Shown: positions 1 to 11,331, numbered from the stretch's first letter. The stretch: DNA of 64,000 nucleotides from Zoogloeaceae bacterium (GCA_031273565.1 JAISRR010000175.1:10651-74650), one strand, 5' to 3'. The notes: generated by a model not told the origin, from the sequence alone. Translations and numbers: made by a program.

Positions 1-2
1 CG

Positions 3-806
3 GAACAGCAATCGACCATTGAGGCGAACGCCGAAGCCGCGCCCTTGCGTCTGATTGCCAGCGGATTAAACAAGCCGGACGATTTCAAACTCTGTTACCG
101 CCTGGGTTTCGACATCTTTCGCGGGCCGTTTATCAATAACCGCGAAGCGCAAAAGATTTCAAAAAGCTCCGCGAACCGTCTGCGTATCATGCAACTCCTG
201 AACGATCTGCGCCACGACGAGGACACGCGGCGGATGACGCAGGAATTGCGGCAAGACCCGGTGCTTTCCTACCGCCTGTTGCGTTATGTCAATGCCCCGG
301 TTTTCGGCCTCTATCGTCAGATCGACAATCTGGATCAGGCGCTGACCATACTGGGGCGCAACAATCTGTATCGCTGGCTCTCCTTCCTGCTCTTCAACGT
401 CACCGACCCCGGCTATTACGAATGGGCCTTGACCGAACAGGCGCTCGCGCGCGCAGCCCTGATGGAACGGCTGGGCAAACAGGCCGCCCAATCGGGCATG
501 GTCGATGTTTCAACCGACGCCCTGTTCCTCACCGGGTTGTTTTCCCTGCTCGATCAGCTCATGGGCGAACCGCTGGAAGAACTCACCCGGAAAATCCAGA
601 TTCCGCCCGCCGTTGTCGCCGCGCTGACGCGCCGGGAAGGTATGCTGGCGCAATTTCTGGCGTTGACGGAAGCCTGCGAAAGCATGCATCCGGAATCCAT
701 CGCAGAGCACGCCACCGCTCTCGGCCTTTCCGACCGCACGGTCAATCTCGCCGTCTTCGACGCTCTTGCCTGGGCGCACGAAATAACCCTCATCGGCGCG
801 GACTGA
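3..806 (+). CDS. EAL-like/HDOD domain protein (YuxH/CdgJ-like), 5' end outside window
   Basis: Frame is open from the window start. HDOD motifs DPVLSYRLLRYVN and LFLTGLFSLLD follow an EAL-tail-like segment LGFDIFRGPF. Confidence 0.85.
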   Translation, partial: EQQSTIEANAEAAPLRLIASGLNKPDDFKLCYRLGFDIFRGPFINNREAQKISKSSANRLRIMQLLNDLRHDEDTRRMTQELRQDPVLSYRLLRYVNAPVFGLYRQIDNLDQALTILGRNNLYRWLSFLLFNVTDPGYYEWALTEQALARAALMERLGKQAAQSGMVDVSTDALFLTGLFSLLDQLMGEPLEELTRKIQIPPAVVAALTRREGMLAQFLALTEACESMHPESIAEHATALGLSDRTVNLAVFDALAWAHEITLIGAD

Positions 807-1028
807 TGTCCAGTTGCGTCCATCAGGCGAATCAACAGACCCAGAAGCGCATGGTGCGCGATTCATGGATCAACGCAATCGGCGTTTCCGCCTCGCGTAT
901 GGCGTGAGGCGCGAGGCGTCCACCTCGCTGACAGCGCGCGTAACTTTTGTAGCGGGACAGCCGTTTTTCGTCCTCTGTCTTTTGAACGGGCAGGGTAGAA
1001 TCGCGGCTTCCATCACAGCGTCCTGACC

Positions 1029-2492
1029 ATGTTTTCATCTTTGCAAAAATTGTCTCCACTCGATCAGGCTGAACGCCTGTTGCTCACCCCTTATGACCTC
1101 GGTCATGCCGATCTGGAACAGATCCTGGGCAACATCATGTCACGGCGGGTCGATTACGCCGATCTCTATTTTCAATATGCCCGCTACGAATCCTGGAATC
1201 TGGACGAAGGCATCGTCAAGGCGGGAAGTTTCAACATTGATCAGGGCGTCGGCGTGCGCGCCATCAGTGGTGAAAAAACCGCTTTCGCCTATTCTGACGA
1301 CATTCGCGTGGCGGCGCTGGAAGACGCCGCCGCCAGCGTGCGCGCCATCAGTGCCGCCGGGCAGGATGGGCGTGTGGATTCCCGCCTGTCCGCCAGCATT
1401 CTGCCACCACCCCTGTATGCCGATGCCGATCCACTCGCTTCCCTTTCTGCCGACGCCAAGGTTTCCCTGCTGGAACGGCTCGAAGCCTTCGCCCGCGCCG
1501 AAGACCGCCGCGTGACGCAGGTCATGGCGGGATTGGCGGGAGAATGGGAGGTCGTGCTGGTTGCCGGTTCCGATGGTCGTCTCGCCGCCGATGTGCGCCC
1601 GCTGGTGCGCGTTTCGATCAGCGTCATCATCGAAGAAAACGGTCGCCGCGAGCAGGGCGCGGCGGGCGGCGGTGGTCGCTTCGATTATTCGTATTTCACG
1701 GATGAAACCCTGAAAGATTTTGCGCATCAAGCCGTGCGGCAGGCGGCGATCAATCTGGATGCCCGCCCCACTCCGGCGGGACAAATGACGGTGGTGCTCG
1801 GCCCCGGCTGGCCGGGCATTCTGCTGCACGAAGCCGTCGGGCACGGGCTGGAAGGCGATTTCAACCGCAAGGGCAGTTCCGCCTTCGCGGGGCGCATCGG
1901 CGAGCGCGTGGCCTCGCCCGGCGTAACGGTGATTGACGACGGCAGTCTGCCGAACCGACGCGGTTCACTCACCATCGACGACGAGGGCAACGCCACCCGG
2001 GCCACGGTGCTGATCGAAGACGGCATTTTACAGGCGTACATGCAGGACGGTCTCAATGCCCGCCTGATGGGGGTGGCCCCGACCGGCAACGGCAGGCGTG
2101 AATCCTTCGCCCATCTGCCGTTGCCGCGCATGACCAATACTTACATGCGCTCCGGTCAGGCCGCGCCGGAAGAAATCATTGGCTCGGTGAAGAACGGCAT
2201 TTACGCCACCAATTTCGGTGGCGGGCAGGTCGACATCACCAGCGGAAAATTCGTGTTTTCCATGAGCGAAGCGTATTTGATTGAAGAGGGCAGGGTGACC
2301 GCGCCCGTCAAAGGCGCGACCCTGATTGGCAACGGCCCGGAGGCGCTGACCCGCGTCGCCCTGATCGGCAACGACATGCGCCTCGATCCCGGCGTCGGTT
2401 CCTGCGGCAAGGAAGGGCAGAGCGTGCCGGTGGGGGTTGGCATGCCGACTTTGCGTCTGGACGGCATTACCGTGGGAGGAACTGCCGCATGA
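1029..2492 (+). CDS. tldD: Metalloprotease TldD
   Basis: [23 protein letters not shown] (HExxxH), PRMTNT and [13 protein letters not shown] are TldD signatures. Confidence 0.96.
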   Translation: MFSSLQKLSPLDQAERLLLTPYDLGHADLEQILGNIMSRRVDYADLYFQYARYESWNLDEGIVKAGSFNIDQGVGVRAISGEKTAFAYSDDIRVAALEDAAASVRAISAAGQDGRVDSRLSASILPPPLYADADPLASLSADAKVSLLERLEAFARAEDRRVTQVMAGLAGEWEVVLVAGSDGRLAADVRPLVRVSISVIIEENGRREQGAAGGGGRFDYSYFTDETLKDFAHQAVRQAAINLDARPTPAGQMTVVLGPGWPGILLHEAVGHGLEGDFNRKGSSAFAGRIGERVASPGVTVIDDGSLPNRRGSLTIDDEGNATRATVLIEDGILQAYMQDGLNARLMGVAPTGNGRRESFAHLPLPRMTNTYMRSGQAAPEEIIGSVKNGIYATNFGGGQVDITSGKFVFSMSEAYLIEEGRVTAPVKGATLIGNGPEALTRVALIGNDMRLDPGVGSCGKEGQSVPVGVGMPTLRLDGITVGGTAA

Positions 2493-2917
2493 ATCTGCAA
2501 CGCTGGTGGGATGACTTTTACTATGAGTTGAAGCTGGAAGCGCGACAGGCGTTCAATACCCTCATGGACGCGAGCACCTGGATCGTGATCCTCGCGCTTG
2601 CCGCCTTCGGAGTGGAAATTTATTTTGGCATGCGCATCGCCATGCGCTACGACACGCTGATACAGCTCTGGGGCGCGCCCGGCACGCGTTGCCGCATCCT
2701 GAGCAATCAACAATACCTGACGCTGATTTATATCCTTTTCACCTTCGGCATCGCCATGGTGTATTGCATGGGCCGCATCATGAATTATCTGAGCGCGCGC
2801 AGACGCAATGCAGCCCCGGCTGAAATCCGCCGTCAGGGATTTCTGGCCCTGCTCTGCTGCGTCGCCGCCGAAGCGGTCGGTGGCGTGGCGATGGTGTTGT
2901 TGACGGTCTGGTGCTGA
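2489..2917 (+). CDS. Hypothetical membrane protein, about 3 TM helices
   Basis: ATGA overlap with the tldD stop; three hydrophobic stretches. Confidence 0.65.
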   Translation: MNLQRWWDDFYYELKLEARQAFNTLMDASTWIVILALAAFGVEIYFGMRIAMRYDTLIQLWGAPGTRCRILSNQQYLTLIYILFTFGIAMVYCMGRIMNYLSARRRNAAPAEIRRQGFLALLCCVAAEAVGGVAMVLLTVWC

Positions 2918-2976
2918 ACGCAGGCCGTCGTTCTGGCGCGCGTCAGGTCAAGGCTCGTCGTTACCATGCGTTTAGG

Positions 2977-3046
2977 CAGGTAGGGCGCGCGCTCCGGGCG
3001 CGCCGCATGTTAAACGAACGGCGGTTTCTACGATCCCGCCCTGCCT
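2977..3046. repeat. GTAG-type REP doublet (REPIN-like), copy 1
   Basis: 70 bp CAGGTAGGGCGC...CCCGCCCTGCCT; a near-identical copy lies at 17045-17114. Confidence 0.8.
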
Positions 3047-3089
3047 TTGCTCTGCCTACCGTCCGTCAAATGCGCTTACCCTGTGATCC

Positions 3090-4454
3090 CTATTTCCCCA
3101 CGCAAAACCGGCTGAAAATCACGCCCAGCAGATCATCTGGCGTAAATTCGCCGGTGATTGACGCGAGCGCGTTTTGGGCAAGGCGCAGGTTTTCGGCGAA
3201 AAGTTCCAATGCCGGAACCTGGCGCTGCGCTTCGTGACGGGCAAAGGCAAGGTGCGTCGCGCCCGCGTTCAGGGCTTCCAGATGGCGCGCGCGGGCGATA
3301 AACACGTCCTCGTCGCCACGCCAGCCGACGCATTCCAACAGCGTCGCTTGCAGAAGTTCCATGCCTGCGCCGGTTCTGGCGGAAAGGGCAAGACTGATTT
3401 GCGCGTCCTGTGTGTGTTTTCCCGGCGGCTCATCGGTCAGGTCGATTTTGTTGCGTACCGTAATCCTGGGCAGATTTTCGGGAAGTTTTGCCAGAATCGC
3501 CTGGTCAGCTTCGGTCAATCCCGTCCGGGCGTCCAGAATGAGCAAGGCAAGGTCGGCTTCGGCAATGGCTTTCCATGTGCGGGCAATCCCCATTTGTTCC
3601 ACTTCGTCCCCGGTTTCCCGTAAACCTGCCGTATCAATGACATGCAGCGGCACGCCATCGATCTGAATGGCGGATTTGAGCGCATCCCGCGTGGTGCCGG
3701 GCGTCGCCGTCACGATGGCGAGATCATCACCCGCGAGCCGGTTCATGAGCGAGGATTTGCCCACGTTGGGCTGACCAATCAGCACCGCATGCAGCCCGGC
3801 CTGCAGCAGGCTGCCCTGTCGCGCCTGCGCCCGCACTTCGTTCAATCGCGCCTCAAGCCGGGCGAGACGGTTGAAGGCGTCGGCTTCCTTGAAAAAATCA
3901 ATGTCTTCTTCAGGAAAATCCAGCGTGGCTTCGACCCGCATCCGGAGGTCGACCAGTTCATCGACCAGCGCGTGAACGGCGCGTGAAAATTCGCCTTGCA
4001 GGGAACGCATGGCGGAACGGGCTGCCGCCGTGGTCGAAGCATCAATCAAATCCGCCACGGCTTCGGCCTGCGCCAGATCCAGCTTGTTGTTCATGAAGGC
4101 GCGACGGGTGAATTCGCCCGGTTCCGCCAGCCGCGCCCCCAGTTCCAGACAACGGGCGAGCAACAGATTCATCACCACGGGGCCGCCATGCCCCTGAAAC
4201 TCCAGCACATCCTCGCCGGTAAACGAAGCGGGCGCGGGAAAATAAAGCGCCAGCCCTGTATCAATGGCGCTGCCGTCCGCCGCCAGAAAGTTCGCCCGCG
4301 TCGCATAGCGCGGCCTGAGGGTCTTGCCCGTCAGTTTCAGCGCGAAGTCCGTCAAATCGCCGCCAGACACCCGCACCATGCCAACGCCACCCCGACCGGG
4401 TGCGGTGGCGATGGCAGCGATGATGGCGGGAAGGATGCCCGACGGATGGTTCAT
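3090..4454 (-). CDS. mnmE: tRNA modification GTPase MnmE
   Basis: [33 protein letters not shown] and C-terminal FSRFCVGK; start set at MNHPSG. Confidence 0.97.
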   Translation of the reverse strand: MNHPSGILPAIIAAIATAPGRGGVGMVRVSGGDLTDFALKLTGKTLRPRYATRANFLAADGSAIDTGLALYFPAPASFTGEDVLEFQGHGGPVVMNLLLARCLELGARLAEPGEFTRRAFMNNKLDLAQAEAVADLIDASTTAAARSAMRSLQGEFSRAVHALVDELVDLRMRVEATLDFPEEDIDFFKEADAFNRLARLEARLNEVRAQARQGSLLQAGLHAVLIGQPNVGKSSLMNRLAGDDLAIVTATPGTTRDALKSAIQIDGVPLHVIDTAGLRETGDEVEQMGIARTWKAIAEADLALLILDARTGLTEADQAILAKLPENLPRITVRNKIDLTDEPPGKHTQDAQISLALSARTGAGMELLQATLLECVGWRGDEDVFIARARHLEALNAGATHLAFARHEAQRQVPALELFAENLRLAQNALASITGEFTPDDLLGVIFSRFCVGK

Positions 4455-4851
4455 GAGATTTTCCCTTTCTGCTACGGGCGATTTTTTAAACGGGCTGCAC
4501 GATGGCAGTTTCAAAACAGCTCATGGCGGAATTGTAACCGCTGGCGTGCCGGATACCACGCGCATCTGCGTTCGCCTCCGCATCCGTAACATATATATTG
4601 CGACGCGTTGCGAATGGTTGCAATTCCAGCCCCCACTAAAAGGCATGATATGTTGTAGCTGTCCATGGTTTTGGTTAATCAAATCACCAGGACGCTGCCA
4701 CACCATTTATGACGATAAAACAGGAGTGAGACAAAATGACCCAATCACAGATCCAAGAAACAAAGTTTGTGACGGCAAATGCCACCGCTCTCGGTGTATT
4801 TGACCTCGCGCTGATGACGTTTGTTACCCACTGCCATTCAAGGAGAGGATC

Positions 4852-5166
4852 ATGACAACACAGTTATCTCAACGCATTATGAGCAATCCTGAATATCAGT
4901 CGCTGGTGCAGGAACGTAGCGCCTTCGGCTGGTGGTTGACGTTGCTGCTTTGCATCGTCTACTACGGATTCATTATGCTCATTGCTTTCAACAAAGCCTT
5001 TCTGGCGACTCCGCTTGGAGAAGGAATGACAACTTCACTGGGAATCCCGGTGGGATTTGGCGTCATTCTTTTTTCGGTTATCACGACCGGAATTTATGTA
5101 TATCGCGCCAACACGAAATACGACGCGATAATCCGTAAAATTCTGGAGAAGGAGGTAAAAGCATGA
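4852..5166 (+). CDS. DUF485 family membrane protein (YjcH-like)
   Basis: 104 aa with two TM helices and YVYRAN; AGGAG RBS; lies directly upstream of actP. Confidence 0.9.
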   Translation: MTTQLSQRIMSNPEYQSLVQERSAFGWWLTLLLCIVYYGFIMLIAFNKAFLATPLGEGMTTSLGIPVGFGVILFSVITTGIYVYRANTKYDAIIRKILEKEVKA

Positions 5167-6872
5167 AAAAGCATTCTTTGACCCCTGTTTCCCAATGGTT
5201 AATGCTGTTCGCACTGGCAATGTTCTCGCATGGCGCATTCGCGGCGGAAGCCATTGGCGAAACGCAAAAGCAGCCGACCAACTGGACCGCGATTATCATG
5301 TTCGCGTTTTTCGTCGGTCTGACGCTGTGGATTACCAAGTGGGCTGCCTCGCGCACCCGTTCGGTGGCGGATTTCTACACCGCTGGCGGCGGCATCACCG
5401 GTTTTCAAAACGGGCTGGCGATTGCCGGGGATTACATGTCTGCCGCCTCATTCCTCGGCATCTCGGCGGCGGTGATGATGACCGGTTTCGACGGGCTGAT
5501 TTACTCGCTCGGCTTTCTCGTCGGTTGGCCGTTCCTCACCTTTGTGCTCGCCGAACGATTACGCAACCTGGGTCGCTTTACCTTTGCCGATGTAATCGCC
5601 TACCGCTTCCGGCAGGAACCGATCCGCATCTTCGCCGCTTCCGGCACGCTGGTGGTCGTCGCTTTCTATCTCATCGCGCAGATGGTCGGTGCAGGGCAGC
5701 TCATCAAGCTCCTGTTCGGACTCGATTATATCTACGCGGTGATCATCGTCGGCATTCTGATGATGGCCTACGTGCTCTTCGGCGGCATGACGGCAACCAC
5801 CTGGGTGCAGATCATCAAGGCCATCATGCTGCTGGCGGGCGCAAGTTTCATGGCTTTCATGGTGATGATGGCGCACGGCTTCAGCCCTGAAAAGCTGTTC
5901 AGCGCGGCAACCGCCGTCAAGGAAAGCAACGCCATCATGGGGCCAGGCGGTTTCATCAAGGACCCGATTTCAGCGATTTCCTTTGGCATGGCGCTCATGT
6001 TCGGCACGGCAGGCCTGCCGCACATCCTGATGCGCTTTTTCACCGTGCCCGATGCCAAGGAAGCGCGCAAGAGCGTGTTCTGGGCGACCTGCTGGACAGG
6101 ATATTTTTACGTCCTGACCTTCATCATCGGCTTTGGCGCGATTGTCTTCGTCAGCACGAATCCGGACTTCCTTGATGCGGACGGCAACCTGCTGGGCGGC
6201 ATCAATATGGCGGCGGTGCATCTGGCCAACGCCGTCGGTGGCAATCTGTTCCTCGGCTTCATGTCGGCGGTTGCCTTCGCCACGATTCTTGCGGTCGTCG
6301 CCGGTCTCACGCTTTCCGGCGCATCTGCAGTGTCGCACGACCTTTACGCGACGGCGCTCAAAAAAGGCAAGGTTTCCCCGCAAAAGGAATTCTTCGTCTC
6401 GCGCATCACCACCGTCGGACTGGGCATTCTGGCGATCATCCTCGGCATCGCGTTCGAAAAGCAAAACGTCGCCTTCATGGTGTCGCTCGCCTTCGCCATC
6501 GCCGCCTCCGCCAATTTCCCGGCGCTGTTGCTCTCGATATTGTGGAAAAACTGCACCACGCGCGGCGCGTACATCGGCGGTTTCATCGGCTTGATCTCGG
6601 CGCTCATCATGACCATTCTCTCCGACGCCGTGTGGGTTGATACGCTGGGCAACCCGGCGGGCAGCTCGCCCTTCCCGTATGCCTCTCCGGCAATCTTCTC
6701 CATGCCGCTCGGCTTCATTTCCATCTGGCTGATCTCAATCTTCGACCACAGCAAGCAGGCTGAAAAAGAGCGTGCCCTGTTTGAAGACCAGACCGTCCGT
6801 TCGGAAACCGGCATCGGCGCGGCCAAGGCAAGCTCCCACAGCCCCATGCCGGAACCGGAACCGGCATCCTGA
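5163..6872 (+). CDS. actP: Cation/acetate symporter ActP (SSS family)
   Basis: [17 protein letters not shown] and [16 protein letters not shown]. Confidence 0.94.
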   Translation: MKKHSLTPVSQWLMLFALAMFSHGAFAAEAIGETQKQPTNWTAIIMFAFFVGLTLWITKWAASRTRSVADFYTAGGGITGFQNGLAIAGDYMSAASFLGISAAVMMTGFDGLIYSLGFLVGWPFLTFVLAERLRNLGRFTFADVIAYRFRQEPIRIFAASGTLVVVAFYLIAQMVGAGQLIKLLFGLDYIYAVIIVGILMMAYVLFGGMTATTWVQIIKAIMLLAGASFMAFMVMMAHGFSPEKLFSAATAVKESNAIMGPGGFIKDPISAISFGMALMFGTAGLPHILMRFFTVPDAKEARKSVFWATCWTGYFYVLTFIIGFGAIVFVSTNPDFLDADGNLLGGINMAAVHLANAVGGNLFLGFMSAVAFATILAVVAGLTLSGASAVSHDLYATALKKGKVSPQKEFFVSRITTVGLGILAIILGIAFEKQNVAFMVSLAFAIAASANFPALLLSILWKNCTTRGAYIGGFIGLISALIMTILSDAVWVDTLGNPAGSSPFPYASPAIFSMPLGFISIWLISIFDHSKQAEKERALFEDQTVRSETGIGAAKASSHSPMPEPEPAS

Positions 6873-6978
6873 TCGGCGCCAACTGATCGGCATTTGCAGC
6901 GTCCGGCAACGCCGGACGCTGCATTTTCCCAATCTTGCAGGCATTAAAAATACCCATAAAAACCACAGGAGACACATC

Positions 6979-8793
6979 ATGGCCGGAGCGCGATTCGACT
7001 TATCTTTTCCGCCGTTCGACTTGTTGCCTGCGGCGGGTAAGGAACAATTGGCGGAAGAAGCCGATATTTTATTTTTTGGCAGCGAAGCGGAGATTCTCTC
7101 GCCGGGACTCAAAGTGGATGCCTTGTATCTGGTGGCAAAAGGCATCGTCGGCGAAATCGTGGCAGATGAGATTGTTGGCGTTTATCGGGAAGAGGACGTA
7201 TTCGATTCACGTTCGCTCCTCACCGGACGGGTTGAAAACCGTTTTGTCGCGCATGAGGAAACCCTGCTGTATGCCTTGCCGCGTCAGGCGGTGCTCAAGG
7301 CGGCGGAAAAGTATCCTGAATTCGGCGCGCATTTTTTTACGCGGATTTCGGAAAAAACGGGCTTGTCGGGACGCTCTGGCGGACAGGCGGAATGGCAGAA
7401 TCTTTTTAATGCCACCATCCGCGAAGCGGGCGTACGCCCTGCAATATTCCTGGAGGCGTCGGCAAGCATTGCGGACGCGGCGCAGGCAATGCGGGAACAT
7501 CATTGCCGTTCAGTTTTCGTGCGCGATAATGACAAAATCGGCATTTTCACCATGAGCAATTTTTGCGATGTCATTATTGAAGAAACGCCGCATCATGCGC
7601 CGGTCGGCCCACGGGCACAATACGCGCTGCATTGCTGCGAACTGGATGAATATATTTTCAGCGCCCTGCTGATTATGACCCGGCAGAATATCCAGCGCGT
7701 CGTCGTCACCGAGGGCGGCGTTCCGGTTGGGGTATTGCCGCAAATAGATTTATTGTCTTTCTTTTTCAGCCATTCGCATCTGGTTTCAAAACAAATTGAA
7801 AAAGCAAACGATCTGGAAGGGTTGATTGAAGCGGGGCGCAGCATCGACGCCGCCATCGGGACACTGAATTCAACCGGAATGAAAACGCCGCAATTGGCGC
7901 GGCTCGTGCAGGCGCTCGATTTGCGTTTAATGGAGCGTTTATGGCGACTCGTTGCGCCACCGGATGTCTTTGCCAAAAGCTGCCTGCTGGTGCTCGGTTC
8001 CGGGGGGCGCGGGGAGCAAATTCTGAAAACGGATCAGGACAATGCGCTGATTTTTCATGAATCCCTCGATCCGGCATCCGTTACGCAGGCAACAGAGACA
8101 TTTTGCGCAGGCTTGTTAAAAATTGGCTACCCGCTTTGCAGCGGCGGCGTCATGGCAAATCAATCGACGTGGCGCGGCACGGTACAGGAATGGCAGGAGC
8201 GACTGCACCACTGGATTTACCAGCCGGATAAAAATACCTGGATGAATCTTGCCGCGTGGCTGGATGCGGAAGTCGCGGCAGGCGACCCGGAGATGCTGAA
8301 TGCCTGCCGACAGTATTTATTCGAGCGGGTGCACGACGAAACGCAATGGTTGGGCTGGCTTGCCAAAGCGATTTCCCAGTTTGACCATCTTGAGGCAGAA
8401 AACCATTTCTGGCGGCAGCTGTTGCATCGTCATGACGAAGTGTACTTTGACATCAAAAAAGGCGGAATTTTCCCGATTGTGCATGGCATACGGGTATTGG
8501 CGTTGGAATCCGGCATCGAGACGGTGAATACCTTTACCCGTCTGGACGCTCTGGTTTCCAAAGGCAAAATAGAACGCGCCTTTGCCGACGATTTATCCGG
8601 GGCGTTGGCATTCATGATGAAATTGCGACTTGACGGTGACATTGATGCGCGACACTGGGGCAAGGCGCATGACAATATGGTCGACACTGGCGCGTTATCG
8701 TCGCTGGCGCGTGACTCACTGAAAGAGTCGCTGGCCGTCACCCGCCGGTTCAAGACATTTATACAACGGCATTATCAACTCGGGCGCTTTTGA
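6979..8793 (+). CDS. cNMP-like + CBS pair + DUF294 putative nucleotidyltransferase
   Basis: LGSGGRGEQILKTDQDNA NTase motif, DIKKGGIFPIVHG C-terminal motif and CBS-like segments; AGGAG RBS before ATG 6979. Confidence 0.9.
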   Translation: MAGARFDLSFPPFDLLPAAGKEQLAEEADILFFGSEAEILSPGLKVDALYLVAKGIVGEIVADEIVGVYREEDVFDSRSLLTGRVENRFVAHEETLLYALPRQAVLKAAEKYPEFGAHFFTRISEKTGLSGRSGGQAEWQNLFNATIREAGVRPAIFLEASASIADAAQAMREHHCRSVFVRDNDKIGIFTMSNFCDVIIEETPHHAPVGPRAQYALHCCELDEYIFSALLIMTRQNIQRVVVTEGGVPVGVLPQIDLLSFFFSHSHLVSKQIEKANDLEGLIEAGRSIDAAIGTLNSTGMKTPQLARLVQALDLRLMERLWRLVAPPDVFAKSCLLVLGSGGRGEQILKTDQDNALIFHESLDPASVTQATETFCAGLLKIGYPLCSGGVMANQSTWRGTVQEWQERLHHWIYQPDKNTWMNLAAWLDAEVAAGDPEMLNACRQYLFERVHDETQWLGWLAKAISQFDHLEAENHFWRQLLHRHDEVYFDIKKGGIFPIVHGIRVLALESGIETVNTFTRLDALVSKGKIERAFADDLSGALAFMMKLRLDGDIDARHWGKAHDNMVDTGALSSLARDSLKESLAVTRRFKTFIQRHYQLGRF

Positions 8794-8794
8794 A

Positions 8795-9418
8795 ATGTGG
8801 AACATTTCTTTTGCCCGGTTACGCAGGAAGCAGATGCTTCCGCAGTACAGAACGATATTCGAACAGGATGACGGGCAGCTTGTCAGCATTGATTGTGAAA
8901 CGACTTCGCTTGATGTGGCGGAGGCGGAATTACTGTCGATTGCGGCGGTGAAAATCGACGGCAACCGGATTGCGGCAAGCACGGCTTTTCAAACCATCGT
9001 GCAACCGAAAAACGCGCCGAACAGTGATAATGTTCGCATCCACGGGCTGCGCCCGACGGATGTCAGCGCCGGGATTGCACCGACAGACGCCGTGCGGAAA
9101 CTGCTGGATTTTATCGGTGGGCGGACATTGCTCGGTTATTACCTGGAATATGATGTTGCCGTGCTGAACAAATACATCAGGCCACTCATCGGCGCGCCAT
9201 TGCCGAACCGGAACATCGAACTCTCCTCGCGCTATTACGATTGGCGGCAACGCCTGTACCCGGGTTCCTATATCGATTTACGCTGGGACATCATGGCGCA
9301 AAGACTGGATATTGCCGCCCTGCCCCGGCATGACGCGATGAACGATGCCCTTACGGTTGGCATGATGTATCTGGCGTTGGAAGAACGCTTTCGTCGCCCG
9401 ATATCGCCATCGCTCTGA
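8795..9418 (+). CDS. DEDDh 3'-5' exonuclease-family protein
   Basis: SIDCETT, YYLEYD and HDAMNDA motifs; the usual DUF294 partner gene. Confidence 0.9.
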   Translation: MWNISFARLRRKQMLPQYRTIFEQDDGQLVSIDCETTSLDVAEAELLSIAAVKIDGNRIAASTAFQTIVQPKNAPNSDNVRIHGLRPTDVSAGIAPTDAVRKLLDFIGGRTLLGYYLEYDVAVLNKYIRPLIGAPLPNRNIELSSRYYDWRQRLYPGSYIDLRWDIMAQRLDIAALPRHDAMNDALTVGMMYLALEERFRRPISPSL

Positions 9419-9459
9419 CACTCCCGGATGGCGACCCCCGAGCAGGGTATTTCTGAATC

Positions 9460-11322
9460 TCAACCCGCTTCAAGCGCGGGCATGCGCCCGCCGATATCAG
9501 GATGTTGTCCGGCGTCGGAGAGCAGTTCTTTCATGTCCAGAATGAGTACAATCTGACCGTTGGAGAGCGTGGTCACGCCCGCCACGCCGTGCGGACGGAA
9601 GTCTTCCAGGGACTTGATCACCGCGTCGTCGCGGCCTGCGAAACTGTCCACCCCCAGAATGAAACTGCGCTCCGCCGTCTGCATGAGCACCCCGTATTCG
9701 GGATAGCGTTCCTGCGGCCAGCCGAGCAGACGCACGAGGGAGATGACGGGCAGAATTTCGCCGCGCACCACCAGCGTGGATTTGCCCCCCACTTCCTGTA
9801 CCTTGTCACGCTCGATGGGCAGAATTTCGCGCACCAGCGACAGCGGCAGGGCGAAGGGCTGGTCGCCCAGCAGCACCAGCAGCACCGGCAAAATCGCCAG
9901 CGTCAGCGGCAGGGAGATCAGGAAGACGGAACCCTTGCCGATTTCGGAACGAATCTCGATGGAACCATTCAACTTCTGGATGTTGGTCTTCACCACGTCC
10001 ATGCCGACGCCACGACCGGAGACATCCGAAATCTGGGTCTTGGTGGAGAAGCCGGGCAACAGAATCAGGTTGAAGCTCTGGCGATCATCCAGCGTGTTGG
10101 CTTCTTCTTCGCTGATCAGTCCTTTTTCCACCGCCTTGGCGCGGATGGCTTCCGGCACCATGCCGTTCCCGTCATCGGCCACGATGATGACGATGTGGTC
10201 GCCTTCCTGACGGGCTTCGAGGCGCACCAGACTCTTCGCCGACTTGCCGGCGGCGGCGCGCTTTTCGGGGCTTTCGACGCCGTGGTCAACCGCGTTGCGG
10301 ATCAGGTGAATCAGCGGGTCGGACAAGTCTTCAATCATGTTCTTGTCGACTTCGGTTTCTTCACCGGCCAGCACCAGTTCCACGTCTTTGCCCAATTGTC
10401 GCGCGAGGTCGCGGGCAATGCGCGGGTATTTCTGGAAGAGCCGTCCGATGGGCTGCATCCGGGTCTTCATGACCGAGTTTTGCAGGTCGGAAACCAGAAG
10501 ATCAAGCTGGCTGACGGCCTGGTCAAGGGCGTGCAGGGTTTCGGAATCGTTCTTGCCCGCGAGGATGTCGGCGCGCAGGCTGGTGAGCCGGTTCTTGGTC
10601 AGGCCGATTTCACCGGAAAGATTCAGTACCTGATCGAGACGGGAGGTATCGACGCGGATGGTGTTTTCGCGCACCGTCGTTTCAACGCGACGCCCCCCGC
10701 CACTGCTCTTGGCGGCGTGCGCGGCAGGCACGGGCGCGGACGCCTTGCTCGTGCTTTGCTGTGCGTCGGCATGTTGTTCGCTCCCGGCGCTCGCCACAGA
10801 GGCGGGGATGACTTCGCCCGATACGGCCGGTTTTTGTCCGCTGACGGCGGCGTGCAGGGCAGCCCAATCCGGTCCGCCCGCTGCGCCGGCTTGCGGGGCG
10901 GCGGCGGGGGCGGCAGCTTCAGACAGCGGTTTTCCCGCCGCCGCGCCTTCCAGCGAGCGCAGTAATTCAGGTGGCGCGGGCGGCGGCTGCACGCCGGACG
11001 ACAGGTCGCCAAACATGTCGCGCACACCTTTGGTGGCGGCCATAATCATGTCCATCAGTTCCGGCGACAGGCTCAATTCACCGTTACGCAGCTTGTCGAA
11101 CAGGGTTTCCGTGCGATGGCAGAGCGTAACCAGCTCAGTCGCGTTCAGAAAGCCCGCGCCGCCCTTGATGGTATGGAAACCGCGAAAAATATCGTTCAGC
11201 AGCCCCCGGTCATCCGGGCTTTTTTCCAGATCGACCAGCTTGTTGTCCACGTCGGACAGCAAATCGTAGGATTCTTGCAGAAAGTCCTGCAAGAGATCTT
11301 CCATGCCAGCAAAATCGCTCAT
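9460..11322 (-). CDS. cheA: Chemotaxis histidine kinase CheA
   Basis: Hpt FRGFHTIKGGAG, HLIRNAVDHG, SGRGVGMDVV and a C-terminal CheW domain. Confidence 0.96.
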   Translation of the reverse strand: MSDFAGMEDLLQDFLQESYDLLSDVDNKLVDLEKSPDDRGLLNDIFRGFHTIKGGAGFLNATELVTLCHRTETLFDKLRNGELSLSPELMDMIMAATKGVRDMFGDLSSGVQPPPAPPELLRSLEGAAAGKPLSEAAAPAAAPQAGAAGGPDWAALHAAVSGQKPAVSGEVIPASVASAGSEQHADAQQSTSKASAPVPAAHAAKSSGGGRRVETTVRENTIRVDTSRLDQVLNLSGEIGLTKNRLTSLRADILAGKNDSETLHALDQAVSQLDLLVSDLQNSVMKTRMQPIGRLFQKYPRIARDLARQLGKDVELVLAGEETEVDKNMIEDLSDPLIHLIRNAVDHGVESPEKRAAAGKSAKSLVRLEARQEGDHIVIIVADDGNGMVPEAIRAKAVEKGLISEEEANTLDDRQSFNLILLPGFSTKTQISDVSGRGVGMDVVKTNIQKLNGSIEIRSEIGKGSVFLISLPLTLAILPVLLVLLGDQPFALPLSLVREILPIERDKVQEVGGKSTLVVRGEILPVISLVRLLGWPQERYPEYGVLMQTAERSFILGVDSFAGRDDAVIKSLEDFRPHGVAGVTTLSNGQIVLILDMKELLSDAGQHPDIGGRMPALEAG

Positions 11323-11331
11323 TTTCTTCTC

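Noticed and set aside
807-1028. Riboswitch or sRNA upstream of tldD
   Set aside because: Only a short hairpin (889-911) and heptamer traces; no recognisable RNA family.
6840-6872. ActP C-terminal PEPEP extension from CCGGAA repeats
   Set aside because: Too short and low-complexity to support a functional claim.
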